Source: Octopus vulgaris
Taxonomy: Eukaryota
Assembly (NCBI GenBank): GCA_951406725.2
Contig: OX597815.1
Coordinates: forward strand, 155,558,001 to 155,622,000
Direction: 5' to 3'
Length of the DNA: 64,000 bases
In this document: positions 1-14,168 of the stretch, in pieces
Position numbering within the stretch: position 1 is the stretch's first letter
How the letters are laid out: every line of letters starts with the position of its first letter
The notes under the pieces: generated by a model
The model's input: the letters and a program-made list of their open reading frames with translations, nothing else
The model's database searches: none
Told to the model about the DNA's origin: nothing
Made by a program: the position numbers and the translations under genes

Positions 1-524
1 TTAACCAATTAGAACTGGTTAGTACAGAAACTATTAATTTTGAAGTAATTAGGATAGAAACTTTCTTGCTTGCACTGGTAAATATAGAAACTTGGCTTTT
101 ATATTTTACACATATTATTACAAATGCTTTTCTGCTTTTTTTCCACCAAGCAAATTTGTTCTGGATAATGTTCAAACATAACTTTAAATTATTGACTCTT
201 ATAGAATAGAAAAACGGAAGGCTAAAAGAAAACATGATAAACTCAGAACTGTAGAGAAATGCGATGGAAACTATTTGAATTAATTACCAATTATTGAAGT
301 ACTAAGTGAAAACAAATAGCTATCTTAATGATAGATGTTGGAGAATATATTTGTCTACTATATCATTCATTTATTATTAAAATGCTCTGTAAAGTTTGTT
401 TTCCTTTATTTTTTGATTAACAAGAACTCTGTAGCCAATGAAGAAAGCCATTCAATCTGCATGAAATAGCAGCAAAATAACCCTGAAATTACACCACATC
501 ATCTTATATTCAACAATGTAGAAA

Positions 525-1026
525 TCCGACCTTTGAACGTTGGGCCTCACAGAAGCAATGATGAAAGACCGAGACCTCTGGAGATTTGCTGTGACTACGA
601 AGACCCGACAAATGAAGTGTATTTGTGGCTTGCAGGACGGCCTGCTGTCCTTACCTTGGATCGTCGGGTGATCTGCTGTGCTTGAAGAGATCTATTGAGT
701 CAAGTACGTCAACATCGACATCAAAATAAAAATCAAATGGAAATTGTAGTAGTGATAGTCGTGCTGGTGGCATGTAAAAAGCACCATCTGAACATGGCCG
801 ATGCCAGCGTTGCCGTGACTGACATCTGTGCCGGTGGCATGTTAAAAGCACCCACTACACTCAAGGAGTGGTTGGCGTTAGGAAGGGCATCCAGCTGTAG
901 AAACACTGCCAGATCAGAATGGAGCCTGATGCAGCTTCCTGACTTCCCAGACCCTGGTCGAACGGTCCAATCCAAGCTAGCATGGAAAGAAGATGTTAAA
1001 TGATGATCATAATCATGATCATGATG
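525..1026 (+). mobile_element. RTE LINE 3' end
   Basis: GLTEAMMKDRDLWRFAV...K ORF2 terminus, shared UTR (gttaggaagggcatccagctgtagaaac), GAT-type tail. Confidence 0.8.
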
Positions 1027-2416
1027 ATATATATATAAACACCATGAAATGGTTGTAGTTAGAATGCCTTTAATTATAGGTCTGCTGATCAAGGGCTAAA
1101 CAACAAAAATTTCTTGATTTTACAACCAGACATTCCTCAGTTACTATCCTATTATCTTATAGTAAAAAGTGAAAGACACATAGGATTATGTAAACTTGGG
1201 TTTATGCGGAAAAAAAACAAAGAAAAAAAAAACTGGGATGGTTAGTGTTGGAATGTCTGATCAAAGGAGTGCACAATCAAGGCTAATTTGCATTTAAGCA
1301 GTGACTATGACTGTACAATATGAACTCATTTGTTTTCTTTTATGTTTTTCATGAAGCAACACACAACATGGCTTAGTGGTTAGAGAATTGGACTTGCAAT
1401 CATGTGGTTATGAGTTTGATTCCCGGACTGGGCTGTGTGTTATATTCTTGAGCAAAGTACTTTATTTCACATTGCTCTAATTCACTCAGCTGTAGAAATG
1501 AGTTGTGATATCGTTGGTGCCAAGCTGTGCCTTTCTCATGGACAACATTGGTGGTGGGGAGAGAGGAGACTGGTATCCATGTGCAACTGCTGGTCTTCCA
1601 CAAACAAGCTTGCGTGGATTTGTGTTCTTGGAGGGGAACTTTCTAGGTGCAATCCAACAGTCATTCATGATCAAAGGGGGTCTTTACCCTTTATCCCTGT
1701 GTCTACTCTCTCAGCCTTGCAGTAATCACTTTTACTGTGAAGAGAATTTCAAGAAGAGCAGCCTTCAGGAATTCCTTTGTTGCTTGTGTTTTACTTGAAT
1801 CTTCAAAAAGATCATCAAGGGTATTGATCTCACCAGTCAGTGAGGACCTGTGAAAGCCATAAGTACAATTTTTTTTCTCTAGAGTAAATCAAAATAACTT
1901 AACAGATCTAATAAGTTTATCTTCCCTTGGACAGAGTAATACCTTATTACAAGAACCCAGCATTTGGATTAACTTGGCACAGCAGGTCAATAAATCATTC
2001 AGCAGTTTTGTCTACTTTTCCATGCTGGCATGAATCGGATGTATTTCCTGAGGCTGTGTTTTACCGCTAGATGTCCTTTCTGTTGCCAACCATTTCAGTT
2101 GCTTCTTATGACATGCAGAGACACAGTGTACCTCACATGGATTCCACTGTTGACAATTGTCAATTATAACATATATAGTACCACATTAGAGCTTTGTTTC
2201 ATCAGTTGTGACCTTATCATCTAAATCAAGGTTTAGATGCCATTATGTTGGATTCTTCCAGATTATTTCTCATATCTTTTCACATTACACATGGATTTAT
2301 AGACCCAGGAGTTATTTCTTGTTTCTTTAGAACCAAGTGAATGATGATATATTGTAAAACTTTGTTCTTTCTGTTTTGTCCTTTTTATTGTTCATTGTAT
2401 TTGCAGTATATACATA

Positions 2417-2466
<50 letters not shown>

Positions 2467-2557
2467 CAACAATTGAGGGTAAAATTAATTAGTTATTAAT
2501 CAATTTCACCAAGTATTCAGTATGTAAAGGGACCATTTAAGGCGAATTCAAAATATT

Positions 2558-2793
2558 ACATTGTATAAAAGGGCTTAGTAAAATAAATTACTTTGCCACA
2601 TACTGAACTCATTAGAAATAGCAGCCAAAAAAAAAAAAGATTTTTTAGCCATTTCTAATACTTAAAGAAAATTTCTCTCAGAGAAATTTTCTTTAAGTAT
2701 TAGAAATGGTTAAAAAATCTTTTTTTGGCTGCTATTTCTAATGAGTTCAGTATGTGGCAAAGTAATTTATTTTACTAAGCCCTTTTATACAAT

Positions 2794-2795
<2 letters not shown>
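2558..2795. repeat. Fold-back palindrome, arms about 118 bp, between (TA)n tracts
   Basis: acattgtataaaagggcttagt... mirrored about c2679 (1-nt loop). Confidence 0.95.
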
Positions 2796-2831
<36 letters not shown>

Positions 2832-3112
2832 AACCTCATTTTAATACTTACATTTCAATATGGGTCTAGTGAGAGTATGTTGATACTGAGCTTTTTACTG
2901 CCAGATGCTTCATCCATCTAGCTGTTCAACCTTTTGGTCATCCATTCATCTGTCTGTGTGTCCATCCTTCTGTCCATTCATTATTCCATCCATCCATCCA
3001 CCCATCTGTCCAGCAACCTATCTCTCTATCCTTCATCAATCTGTCCATCTATCCACCTATCTGCCTAGCCATCCATCCAAACTCAATCCCTTGCAAGACA
3101 AATATATATATA

Positions 3113-4515
3113 CTAGCAGAATTACCCGGCGTTGCTCGGGGCTAAATTGCTTGAAAGTACTGTTAATGATTGCACTGAATTATGATGATTATTCAGGCAA
3201 ATATTGATATAAGTTTACGGTGGGAGATAAGGACTTAACGATCAAACGTGTGCCATTGCATTGTTTTGGGGGAACCAAATTTCTGATGAGCATTATAGGG
3301 GCACCAACTTTAAGTTTGAGAAAGTGTGGTGGTAGTCCGGGGTGCTCAAAGGAATTGAGTACCTCTATTGGATAGTTGATGACGTCCTCTGGGTCAGGAG
3401 TTGTATCGATAGACTGATATACATAGACTTCCCCAGGAATGAGTTTTAGCATTTCATCATTAATATGGTGAACAGTTTTATTCCTCGGGGCCAGTATAGC
3501 CTTTTTGCCAATCCAATCCATATTCTGATAATTAGCTTGTAGATCTGGGAACACTGCATCTCTGAGATCAGAAGGCGTCTTAACAATGGTACAAATGGAA
3601 TCGATGGCAATATTACCATTTTCATCCCCTGGTATTTTGCCTTCGCCAAGTGCAAGGAGGGTGTGAGGAAATGCTGCTGATGTGATATTATGTCGCATAT
3701 GAGCACGCATATTGGTGTGAAGTTTGAGAGTTACTTCCCTTTATTAAAAAAAATATGCATTAAAATGGAAAAAAATGATGGTAAATTATTTGTAAAATCG
3801 TAGACTCATCGTAGACGCGCGCTAATACCCAGAAGGGGTCGATATGAATCACGACTATAAGATACCCGGTTTTGGTTAAACTGCATCGCAAAATGTGGGA
3901 GTAGTTAGAAATCTAAATCGGAGTAGACAGACACACAACCTTTCTTTTATATAAAAATATTTTCGTCCTAAAAAACTTTGTATGGATTGAATGGTTACCT
4001 CTATGGAAATATATACATGCACATTATACATACATGTGTGTATAGATGAATATATAAATACATTTAAATATCTATATACACTTTTGGGCGATCTTTGTGC
4101 TACTTAGAGATAACTTTAGATCTTATTTTCATCCTAAAAAACTTTGTGCGGAGTGAATGGTTACGTCTATGGAAATATATACACACACATTATACATACA
4201 CCTGTGTATAGATGAATATATAAATACATTTAAATATCTATATATACTTTTGGGCGATCTTTCTGCTACTTGGATATACTTTAGATCTTATATTCGTCCT
4301 AAAAAACTTTGTATGGAGTAAAAGGTTACCTCTATGGAAATATATACACACACATTATACATAAATCTGTGTATAGATGAATATATAAATACATTTAAAT
4401 ATCTATATACACTTTTGGGTGATCTTTCTGCTACTTGGATATACTTTAGATCTTATATTCGTCCTAAAAAACTTTCCTGTCACACACTCACACACATACA
4501 CACACACACACGCAC

Positions 4516-4565
<50 letters not shown>

Positions 4566-5202
4566 ACACGCACACACACATACACACACGTTAGCTTACA
4601 ATTTTATTTATATATTTGCGTGTCTATGTGTGTAAAGAGGAAGTGGGAATGCAGAGTGAAAGAGTGAAATGGTAAAATATTTAGTTGTCTCGAATTTTTT
4701 CTGAAATGGGGGTGAAATTGAAAGAAATTTTGTATGCCATGACCGAATGGAAGTACTTTGAAAAATCATAGGTAAACTCTAATTGAAGAAATTGTGTGAG
4801 GAGTAAATCGTTATGTATTTATTTGTTTCTGTTTGCTGTGTTGTTTTTTTTTTGAGTAGTGGTTTAAGGTACACTTCTCAAATACTTTCACTTTAATCGT
4901 TGCACACATGCAAAGAGAAAGGAGGAGAAATTAGGGTGATAGCATCAGTGAAGCAGTTCGCTCCGTTTGTGTGTGTGTGCTGTAGCCCACACTAAGAAAA
5001 GCACTTCACTTACACACCACAATGTGAGTTTTCTCGAAATTTTGCTTAATTGGGGTTGAAATTTGAAAAACTGGACCTGGCACGACCCGATGTATTCTAC
5101 TCTTAAAAATGCTAGGTAAGTTGTAATTGAAGAAATCCTATATTGTAGATTTCTATAAGAGACAAAGGGAGGCAGAAAAAATCTGCCTTTTATAATAAGA
5201 GA
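3113..5202 (-). mobile_element. Composite non-autonomous Helitron carrying a PIF1-type helicase fragment
   Basis: On minus strand: 5' TC at 5202, 3' hairpin CCCGAGCAACGCCGGG then CTAG at 3116-3113, inserted between A and T. ORF 3189-3710 has Helitron helicase motifs (AILAPRN, PPHFLKLKVGAPIMLIRNL, CNGTRL). Confidence 0.85.
3964..4475. repeat. Tandem repeat, unit about 165 bp, 3 copies, inside the Helitron
   Basis: c(g/a)tcctaaaaaactt recurs at 3964, 4130, 4295, 4460. Confidence 0.9.
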
Positions 5203-5209
5203 TATATAT

Positions 5210-5856
<647 letters not shown>

Positions 5857-6769
5857 ATATATATATGTATTTCAATATATATATATTGAGACATTAAAAC
5901 CTCTAGTGCACTAGTAGTCTATGCTCCCCTAGCCCTCTAACTTCAACATACTACCTTTTTGCTATAGTGCATTCAAATGTATCTGGGCTAGGTTCCTCTG
6001 AATGGGAATAAGTTTATGGTTTTGACATTTGTTCTACCCCTTCCTATATCTATAAATAGAAAAATTCTTTGTCTCCATCCAACCAAAAATAAAATCCCAT
6101 CTCCCCACTGACAGATCTAAATAACAAAGGGAAAAAATCTACAGTCAGAGAGTAAATTTACTACTATCATGTTCTTAAGAATGAAATCAGCCTCTCTATC
6201 TATATATCTACCCTCTTTATAATGTTGGCAAACGAAATAGAGATAAGAATGTGCATTGTCCACTTGATTGGAAAATTTCCATATGTGGCTGAAGATTGCT
6301 CGACATTTTAAAACTGATGTAATACTTACAGTGTTTAATAAAATGAAGTAGCATGAAACAATTGTACCACTCTACCTCAGATATACTTGTTGCTTATTTT
6401 GATTATATATATAATTCAATATATATATATATGTATGGCAAACTTTGTTCCTCCTGTGTGCCTTTCTTATTAATCATTGTATTTACACAATACACACACT
6501 TACAAATATATATATTCTGATAATTAAAGAAACAAGACAAGTATCTTTCCCTGGATGAGAAACTAGTCTATTATGGGAAAACTGCCATATGAACTGGAAG
6601 CAACACTGCAAGTCAACAAAATTCATCAATTCTGCAATGCTGAGATTTCTTATAACTGTTATAACACCTGCAATATTCAGAGCTAGAGAGCAATAAATCT
6701 GTAGATGACTGTCTGTATGTGTTCAGCTCTCATGTCTTCTTAATTAGAGTTGAGCTGGATGTTTCAGAA

Positions 6770-6979
6770 TAATAATTACTTCATCATTATCATCATCACA
6801 TTCATTCTCATCATCATTACAATCATCACCATCACATTCAGCAATATCCTCATTTACTTCATTATCATTACATTTGTCATCGTCGTCATCATCATCGTCA
6901 TCATCGTTGTCGTCGTCGTTGTCGTTGTCGTCGTCGTTGTCGTTGTCGTTGTCGTCGTCATCATCATCATCATCATCAT

Positions 6980-7010
<31 letters not shown>

Positions 7011-7043
7011 ATCATCATCCACATCATCATCATCATCATCATC
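6770..7043. repeat. Compound trinucleotide microsatellite (CAT/CGT/CCT)
   Basis: Direct inspection; lies just downstream of the RA exon donor. Confidence 0.95.
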
Positions 7044-7083
7044 AATATTTTTTTCATTGTCATCAGCAACTAGTGTTACTTAC

Positions 7084-7224
7084 CAATGCAATAGCATCAC
7101 AGACTGATGTATCTTGGGAGATCTTTAAAATTACATAGTCATCTGGCGTGCTGAGGCCGAATATGGTGACAATAAACATTCTCCGTTTCTGTTTACCAAC
7201 TGTAGTGACAATGTTCGTAGATAA
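7084..7224 (-). CDS. PLCE1: PLC-epsilon exon, start of Ras-association domain ([47 protein letters not shown])
   Basis: Polypyrimidine tract then AG, GTAAGT donor, 141 nt, phase 0-0; ubiquitin-fold beta-beta-alpha pattern of an RA domain. Confidence 0.85.
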
Positions 7225-10065
7225 CTTATGGAAAGAAAAAAACAAAATTATGATTAATCAACGTGAAAGTAACAAAACATCATTAAAAATAATGAAATTA
7301 ATCTCAAAAAGCTTCAAAGTTGAAAAATTGATACTTAGAGGGAACATCAAATCATTATTACTATAAAAGAAATAATTTCGTTTTTGGATTTGGTTTGCAA
7401 GATTCTTTATATGAGTTCATGTGTTGAAGCATATTCTGTTGTGTTTGGGGAGAGTCATTTTCTTTTTGTGCCTTATTATTTAACACACTCACCGGTAAAA
7501 TTTCCACTTATTTCTTTTTTACTTTTCTAAAATTTTCGTTGCGTCTTACAACCTTTTCAATAGTTTTGACTCAAAACTATTGAAAAGGTTTAAGACGTAA
7601 CGAAATTTTAGGACAATAAAAATAAAAAAAAAAGTGCAAATTTTACCAGTGAGTGTGTTATATTATAAGGCACAAAAAGAAAATGACTCTCCCCAGACAC
7701 AACAAAGAAATAATTATTATACAAGAAAATTTTAGACACAGTAAGTGGACAAATGAGCAACTCTCTGGTGACCTTCTCTAGTTAACCAACAAGACAGCAG
7801 AAAGATGGTTACAACTTTCAAGGCACTATCTAAGACACCCACAGTTACCTATCTACCAAGTTGTCATTTGAGAATGACTTTTGGCAGGATAAAAATTTAG
7901 AAATCTTTCCAAACTATAGTCAAGACACTCGTGGAAGACAGTGGTGCTGCAACTTCTAATGAACATGGGACATGGATGGTGAAACAGGTTATGTGGTGAA
8001 CATGTCACTGTACTTGTGCAAATAGTCGGTTGATGATGGCTAATGATGATCACATCTTACTAGATGCCAAACACTGGTTTTGTTACTCCATTCAGATTGG
8101 ATTTGTTCATACAGGCTAGTATCAGTCTTTATTTGTAAGAAGAGAGGATTTGATCCTTTGGCCTTTAGATTTCTCTATTAACTGTAATACTTATTTATTC
8201 ACATTGTTTTGAATTAATCATTCACTACCTTGTTGTTCTGAGATTTTGCTGATGTGATAGCTTACTTTTAGAATAACATTGTAGCATAGCTATGAGAAGC
8301 CAGAATCTAGCTAATCTATATATATAAAGCTAAAGTTGTCAACTAATACTATCTCCTCCGAGACCCTGCGACGCAAGTTGACCAAAATTGAGAGTATGAT
8401 AAAAGAAGGCTTGCTCTTCATTCCGTAGAAGATAAAATTCAAATTGGACCATGTTAAGACCAAAAATTATTTACATCAAAAAGGTGCTTTTTTTCTATGA
8501 AAATCCCTATTTTTTACGATTTTTTGACTGCTGTGTCACCATTTTCAGTGTATTTCAACCAGGAAAATGTCCACTTAAAGAGAATAACAAGCTACGTAAT
8601 GCAGAATTTTTACTTTTCAAAAATTCCAATTCTAAAGGGTCAAAACAAATCCGAGCAACGCCGGGCGATACTGCTAGTTTGAATATATGTACATAAAACA
8701 GGTAGAATATTTCGACTGGATATGGTTGGTTTAAATGCTAAAGGGTTAATTCACAGAAGTATTAACTATGCAAGAGGATACATTTATGGCTGCTCATTCA
8801 TGATCACCCTTGGTACCATCATTATGATAATTTTTATTACATTTGAATTTTTTTCCAATTTCTTGGAATTTCTGCTGTCAGTAATTATCTACTTCACAAC
8901 ATGTTCTGCAATCATAGTTCACAAGAATATCACAGCAAACTTATTCTACATTAGAAAATGTAGGAAGTAGCACCATGAGCTGCCTTCTTAAACTGATTCT
9001 TGACTCATGATATCTTTTCTTGGAATCTATAGTTGTTAGATATTATTTGTAATGGGTAATATGTGATATTTTCTTAGAAGATAAAATCCGTTTTGTCTGT
9101 CTGTGTGTGTGTCTTCTAGGATTTCAGGCATCCTCCATCCGATTGTGCTCAAATTTGATATGTAGATACTGACGGTATCAGGGCGTGTATAAGTCTTGAA
9201 AAAATTACAAAAATCGACTCCAGGTGAGAATGCATAACTGTACCTTCCATTTTTTGTTGTTTTTGTACTGCTTAAAGGCACGTTTCTTTCCTGCCAAGCT
9301 TACTGTTTAAACCATGACTGTCTATAGAATCCAGGTCTGTTAAGTTCCAGTCCAGAACTACAGAACTGTGGGCTGACCAATATCTTGTAAGTTGAACTTG
9401 GTAGATGGAATCTGACCCTAAGTCCATTTTATATAGACACACACAACTATTAACCCTTGCTGGGGTTCATGGTTTAATGCTAAAAAATATGTTATGGCCG
9501 GCACTATGACTGTCTTAATGAGACAGATATTTTATCATTTAAATGAATTTCAATAACTTTTTTAATTCTATGAAAATATTCATTTCTCAGTCACATTTAC
9601 ACAGTTTTCCCTATACTCAATTTTACTTTCATCTATATTCAATTATCTATAAAATTCAGAATTGTCCAGCTTTTGTATTATCTCCCCTCTATGGAGTTGC
9701 AAATCAGACATCCAGCTTCCCTTGTCTCATATTATGTTGCCTTTTAGCATTTATCTACAAAAAAAAAAAGAACAAAAAAAACAAAAAAAAAAACAAAAAG
9801 AAAAAAAGACATTCTAGTCTTTGCTAAATTGCTTATCAATAATATCAAAGAAACTATCAGAATGGGAATTATTTCCAGCAATTAAAATTATTATTGAATA
9901 TATTAATATTATGTCACACAGCACCAGATCTATAGTTTTTTTTTTAAGTTACTGGTTTTTTTATCAAAAAAATAGTTTAGACTTAAAGTGTGAAATAAAT
10001 TAATTTTTCAGAGTACACTTACACACACCCTTGCACAAACATACATATGCATGTGTTTGCATGTG

Positions 10066-10127
<62 letters not shown>

Positions 10128-10569
10128 GGTTTTTATTAGAGCAACTGTATTTTTCACCTAAATGCATATCTTAAAACCAAACATCATCTTTGAAGTAAAA
10201 AAAATGTTTTGTGTTAGTCAGCAAACCGAGGAAAAAGTTGTGCTTCACTCAAGGGCATAACAGTCAACAGTACCCCACCACCACCATCACTCTAAACTTG
10301 TAATCTTTGACACTTTTTGTCTTTATATGTATTTAAAAGCTAAAATATATATATTTTTTTAACAGAAAAAAATAATTAAAACAAGATTTAATTATGTATA
10401 GTAAGGATCCAAGGAAGCAAGAAGTGGTCTGTGTTGGCAATAAAGTGAAATAAATAGGAACATTGTAACATTTTAGGGAGAACCCTTTTCCCAAAAATTC
10501 TCCACACTGCATGAACTTTATTAGAAATTTCCTCTTGCTAATGGCAAACTAATCTATTACACTTTTGAA

Positions 10570-10619
<50 letters not shown>

Positions 10620-10975
10620 AGGGAGGATGCAAGGCTAACTTTCTAGGTGCAAACCCATGGTCATTCATGACTGAAGAAAGTCTTTACTCTTTTTATATTT
10701 GTGTGTGTGTGTGTGTGTATTCAAGAACTTGAAATCCCTTTACATTCTCTTCTACCAACTAGTGTGAGGGTCACATTGAATATGGTCAGTTGCAGTACTT
10801 GGGCTTAAGGATTTCCCAAATCTATTACCACTTCTGTCAGATTCTATAAGAGGTGGGATTTGAATTCAGAACCCAGAGTTCAATCACATACTGCAAGACA
10901 TTGCATTTGATGCTCTCACAACTCAACTGGTTTTAAAAAAACACACACACATGCATGCACGCATGCACACACACA

Positions 10976-11049
<74 letters not shown>

Positions 11050-14000
11050 GGAAATAAGCCATATCTTGATAAGAAAAAATGTCAGTGGTCATACATTTTA
11101 ATCATCTACCCTTCATGTTCTTTGATGGTACATTGTTTTCTCACCAGTTCTACTAAATCTTCATATGGGACTGCATTTTAATATATTCTGAAATAATTAT
11201 CATCAAGCAAATACTTACATCTTTCCCAGCATCAACTTTGGAGACATCAGAAAAGTCTTTGACTTTCGCTAGAAGCGACCGCCGTTTGCCAAGAATATCA
11301 GCATTAAGGTCTATGTTGTTGCACTGATCCAGTTGGTCTTCTTCCAGTTTAGAGTAAATGAATAAAGTTGCTAGTTCAGTTGGCTGATTTAGGGGGTTGC
11401 GTAACCGAACATGTCGATATCCTGCAATAAATGAATGTTTTATCAAATATACTTAAATATGGAAAACAATTAGATCTTTGTATATCACTTATACAACCAT
11501 ATGGTTTTCTTATCAAATAATCAGAGTGAGAAGATACACATACACACATTTAACAGTAGATCACATTTCTACCCTAACTCCTCCTTCACTCTACCCTACC
11601 TTCCATCTTCATTCGTGTGGAGGCACATGGCCTAGTGGTTAGAGTAGCGGATGCACGGTCGAGGGATCACGGGTTCGAATCTCAGACCGGGCAATGTGTG
11701 TGTTTATGAGTGAAACACTTAAGCTTTATGCGGCTCAAGTAGAAGGTAATAGCGAACTTCTGCTGACTCTTTTGCCACAAGCATTGGAAATGGATGTTGA
11801 TGATGATGATGATGATGCCTGCTATAAACATGAAATTTTCAAAGTAACAGAAACAGTGCTTATTTGCCATCAAAATATAATAATAATAATAATGAAATTA
11901 TTGTATACAGTGCTCAGGTGCACCACAACTTGTCAAAAGTGCATATAAAGCATGTGCAGTAATGTACAAATGTCTGGAAAGTGAACAGTGTATGAGTCAG
12001 ATACATGCTTGCGTGTGTATGGAGGGGAGAAAATCAGGTGTAGTGTTAGCAAATCTCAGGAAGCATGGAAGGTTTGAAGGATGCAATGCTCCGACAACTA
12101 ACAACTGATGCCGGCAGTCTGTTCCATACTTCAGCAACTCTTAGCGTGAAGAAATGTTTCCAAAAGTCATGGGAGCTGTGCTGTTTTCTGACTTTGTAAA
12201 ATATTAGCCTTTTACTGAATTATCAAGCTGTTACCCTGCCTTGAAGGTTATCAGATAATTTTAAAAACAATTTAAACAATTAGAGCAAAGGGCCAACAAC
12301 TTTGGGGATGGTGGTGGTGGGGGAGTAAGTTGATTTATATTGATCTCCAGTGCCTAACTGTTAGTACTTTATCAACATCAAAAGGATGAAAGGCAATGTT
12401 GAACTTGGCAGAACTTAAACTCAGAAAATAAGGAACTGGAAGAAATTCTACTGAGCATTCTTTCTGATGTGAATAATAGATATGAAACAAACCAAAACAT
12501 TATTATCATGTTATGTCATTTATCTTACCAGGACGCAAATGTTTGAGTGGAATTATTCGCTGCAGGACCATATGGCCAGTACTGGTGTCAATGACGAGGA
12601 AACGGATGAATGCCAGATCAACAAACATAATCTAAGGAGAAAGAATATAGAATAACAATGATGATTATGGTAGCAGTAGCACAAATCGAATGGCTGTTAA
12701 TATAAGAATTATATAATTTAAATATTGTAGAAAATAAGAGTTACGCAAAGTGAATACATGTGTTACCTGCATATGAAAGTGTATTAACACAGTTGTGGCT
12801 GGTGTCATGTCAAAAATGTAAATGGTACCCAAGCCAGTGGCACGTAAAAGCACCCCTTATGCTCCTAGAGTAGTTGGCATTAGGAAGGGCATCCAGCTCT
12901 AGAAACCATGCCATATATATATATATATATATATCACATACATATAGGAGGGATGACCACTAAGTGGACAACCATTATGCTAGAAGTAGATCTGCTATGG
13001 TCTTACCACTAAGAAAGGAATGTTCTCAAGAAAATTTAGCAAACACCAAAACGTAAGCAAGCAAGACAAATGAAAAGATACAAAATATATTTTGTATCTT
13101 TAGCATTTGCTAAATTTTCTTGAGAACATTCCTTTTTTAATGGTAAGACCATAGGGAGGCAAATTCTAGCATAATGGACGTCCACTTAGAGGTCATCCCT
13201 CTTATCTGTATGTAATATAATTTTTCTGAATCTTCAGATTTTTCTATATGCTATACCATTGGTTTTAAATTGATATTAATCAAATTAATATACAATTTTT
13301 CATCTTCATTATTTAAAATTTATATATATATATTGCTTAGGCATTGTAAAACTAAAAACCTGGTGAAGAACTCAATGTACATATGGTTCAGAATGAAGTG
13401 TTAGCCGAGTACAGAGTGGTAATAAGAAAATGAGATGAAAAAGGAATAAACGAATGTTTTATGAACTTCATTAGCTCACAGCTGTTTCTGCTTTAAGATA
13501 CAGTTGAGTGCCTAAGTAACACCTTGTAACCTCCAAGGCTCTGATGAAGCTATAAAATGGTTAGTCAAGTACTCAGCTATGAGTCCACTGCATCTTTTAA
13601 AGCTGAAACAGTTGCAAGCTAATGAAGCTCATATGATAATCATTTTTTCCTTTGTGTTCTCATTTTCTTATAGATATAAAACTAATGCGTGCCGACATGA
13701 AAAACATGAGGAGAAGCTGATGGTGATATGTGTGTGAATGTTATTTCCACATATCCTCATTAACACTACCACAGCCAAAACAGTGCCTTTTTTTTTACAT
13801 TCTCAGTTAAGCAGAAGCCTCATTGTTTCAGCAGCTTTATTGCTTTTGATATTTGAAGACCAGTGGGATGAAATTATCTTAATTGAAATGCAGATAAACA
13901 CTGGCATCAGAAAGACTATTATGTTGTAAAAAAATCTACCTCAACAAGTTTCTTCAAAGCCATATTTGTATAGAAAAATATTTGTTTAAACAATGATGAT

Positions 14001-14128
14001 ATTGATTATATGTGAATGGATTATATTTACACACACACACACACACTATAAATATATATATACAAATGCATATATATACATACATACACACATGTCATGT
14101 ATATATATGTGTGTGTGTATATATTTAT

Positions 14129-14168
<40 letters not shown>

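Noticed and set aside
1730-1847. Possible exon after tttcacAG on the minus strand
   Set aside because: Phase 0 hits TGA after five codons; the open frame is out of phase and not PLC-like.
3189-3710. Host PIF1 helicase gene
   Set aside because: Partial domain bounded by Helitron termini; a transposon relic.
4334-4667. His/Thr-, Cys/Val- and Tyr/Ile-rich ORFs here and across the window
   Set aside because: Products of (CA)n, (TG)n and (TA)n microsatellites.
6500-6667. Possible next PLC exon after ttgcAG at 6669-6668
   Set aside because: Required phase 0 reads GTG TTA TAA (stop); no RA similarity.
6744-7107. Poly-Asp/Glu, poly-Ser, poly-Ile and poly-Met ORFs
   Set aside because: Translations of a compound trinucleotide microsatellite; no splice sites that fit the PLC frame.
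11617-11695. tRNA genes (also at 34029, 43222, 62390)
   Set aside because: Imperfect cloverleaf and direct continuation into repeat bodies: SINE heads.
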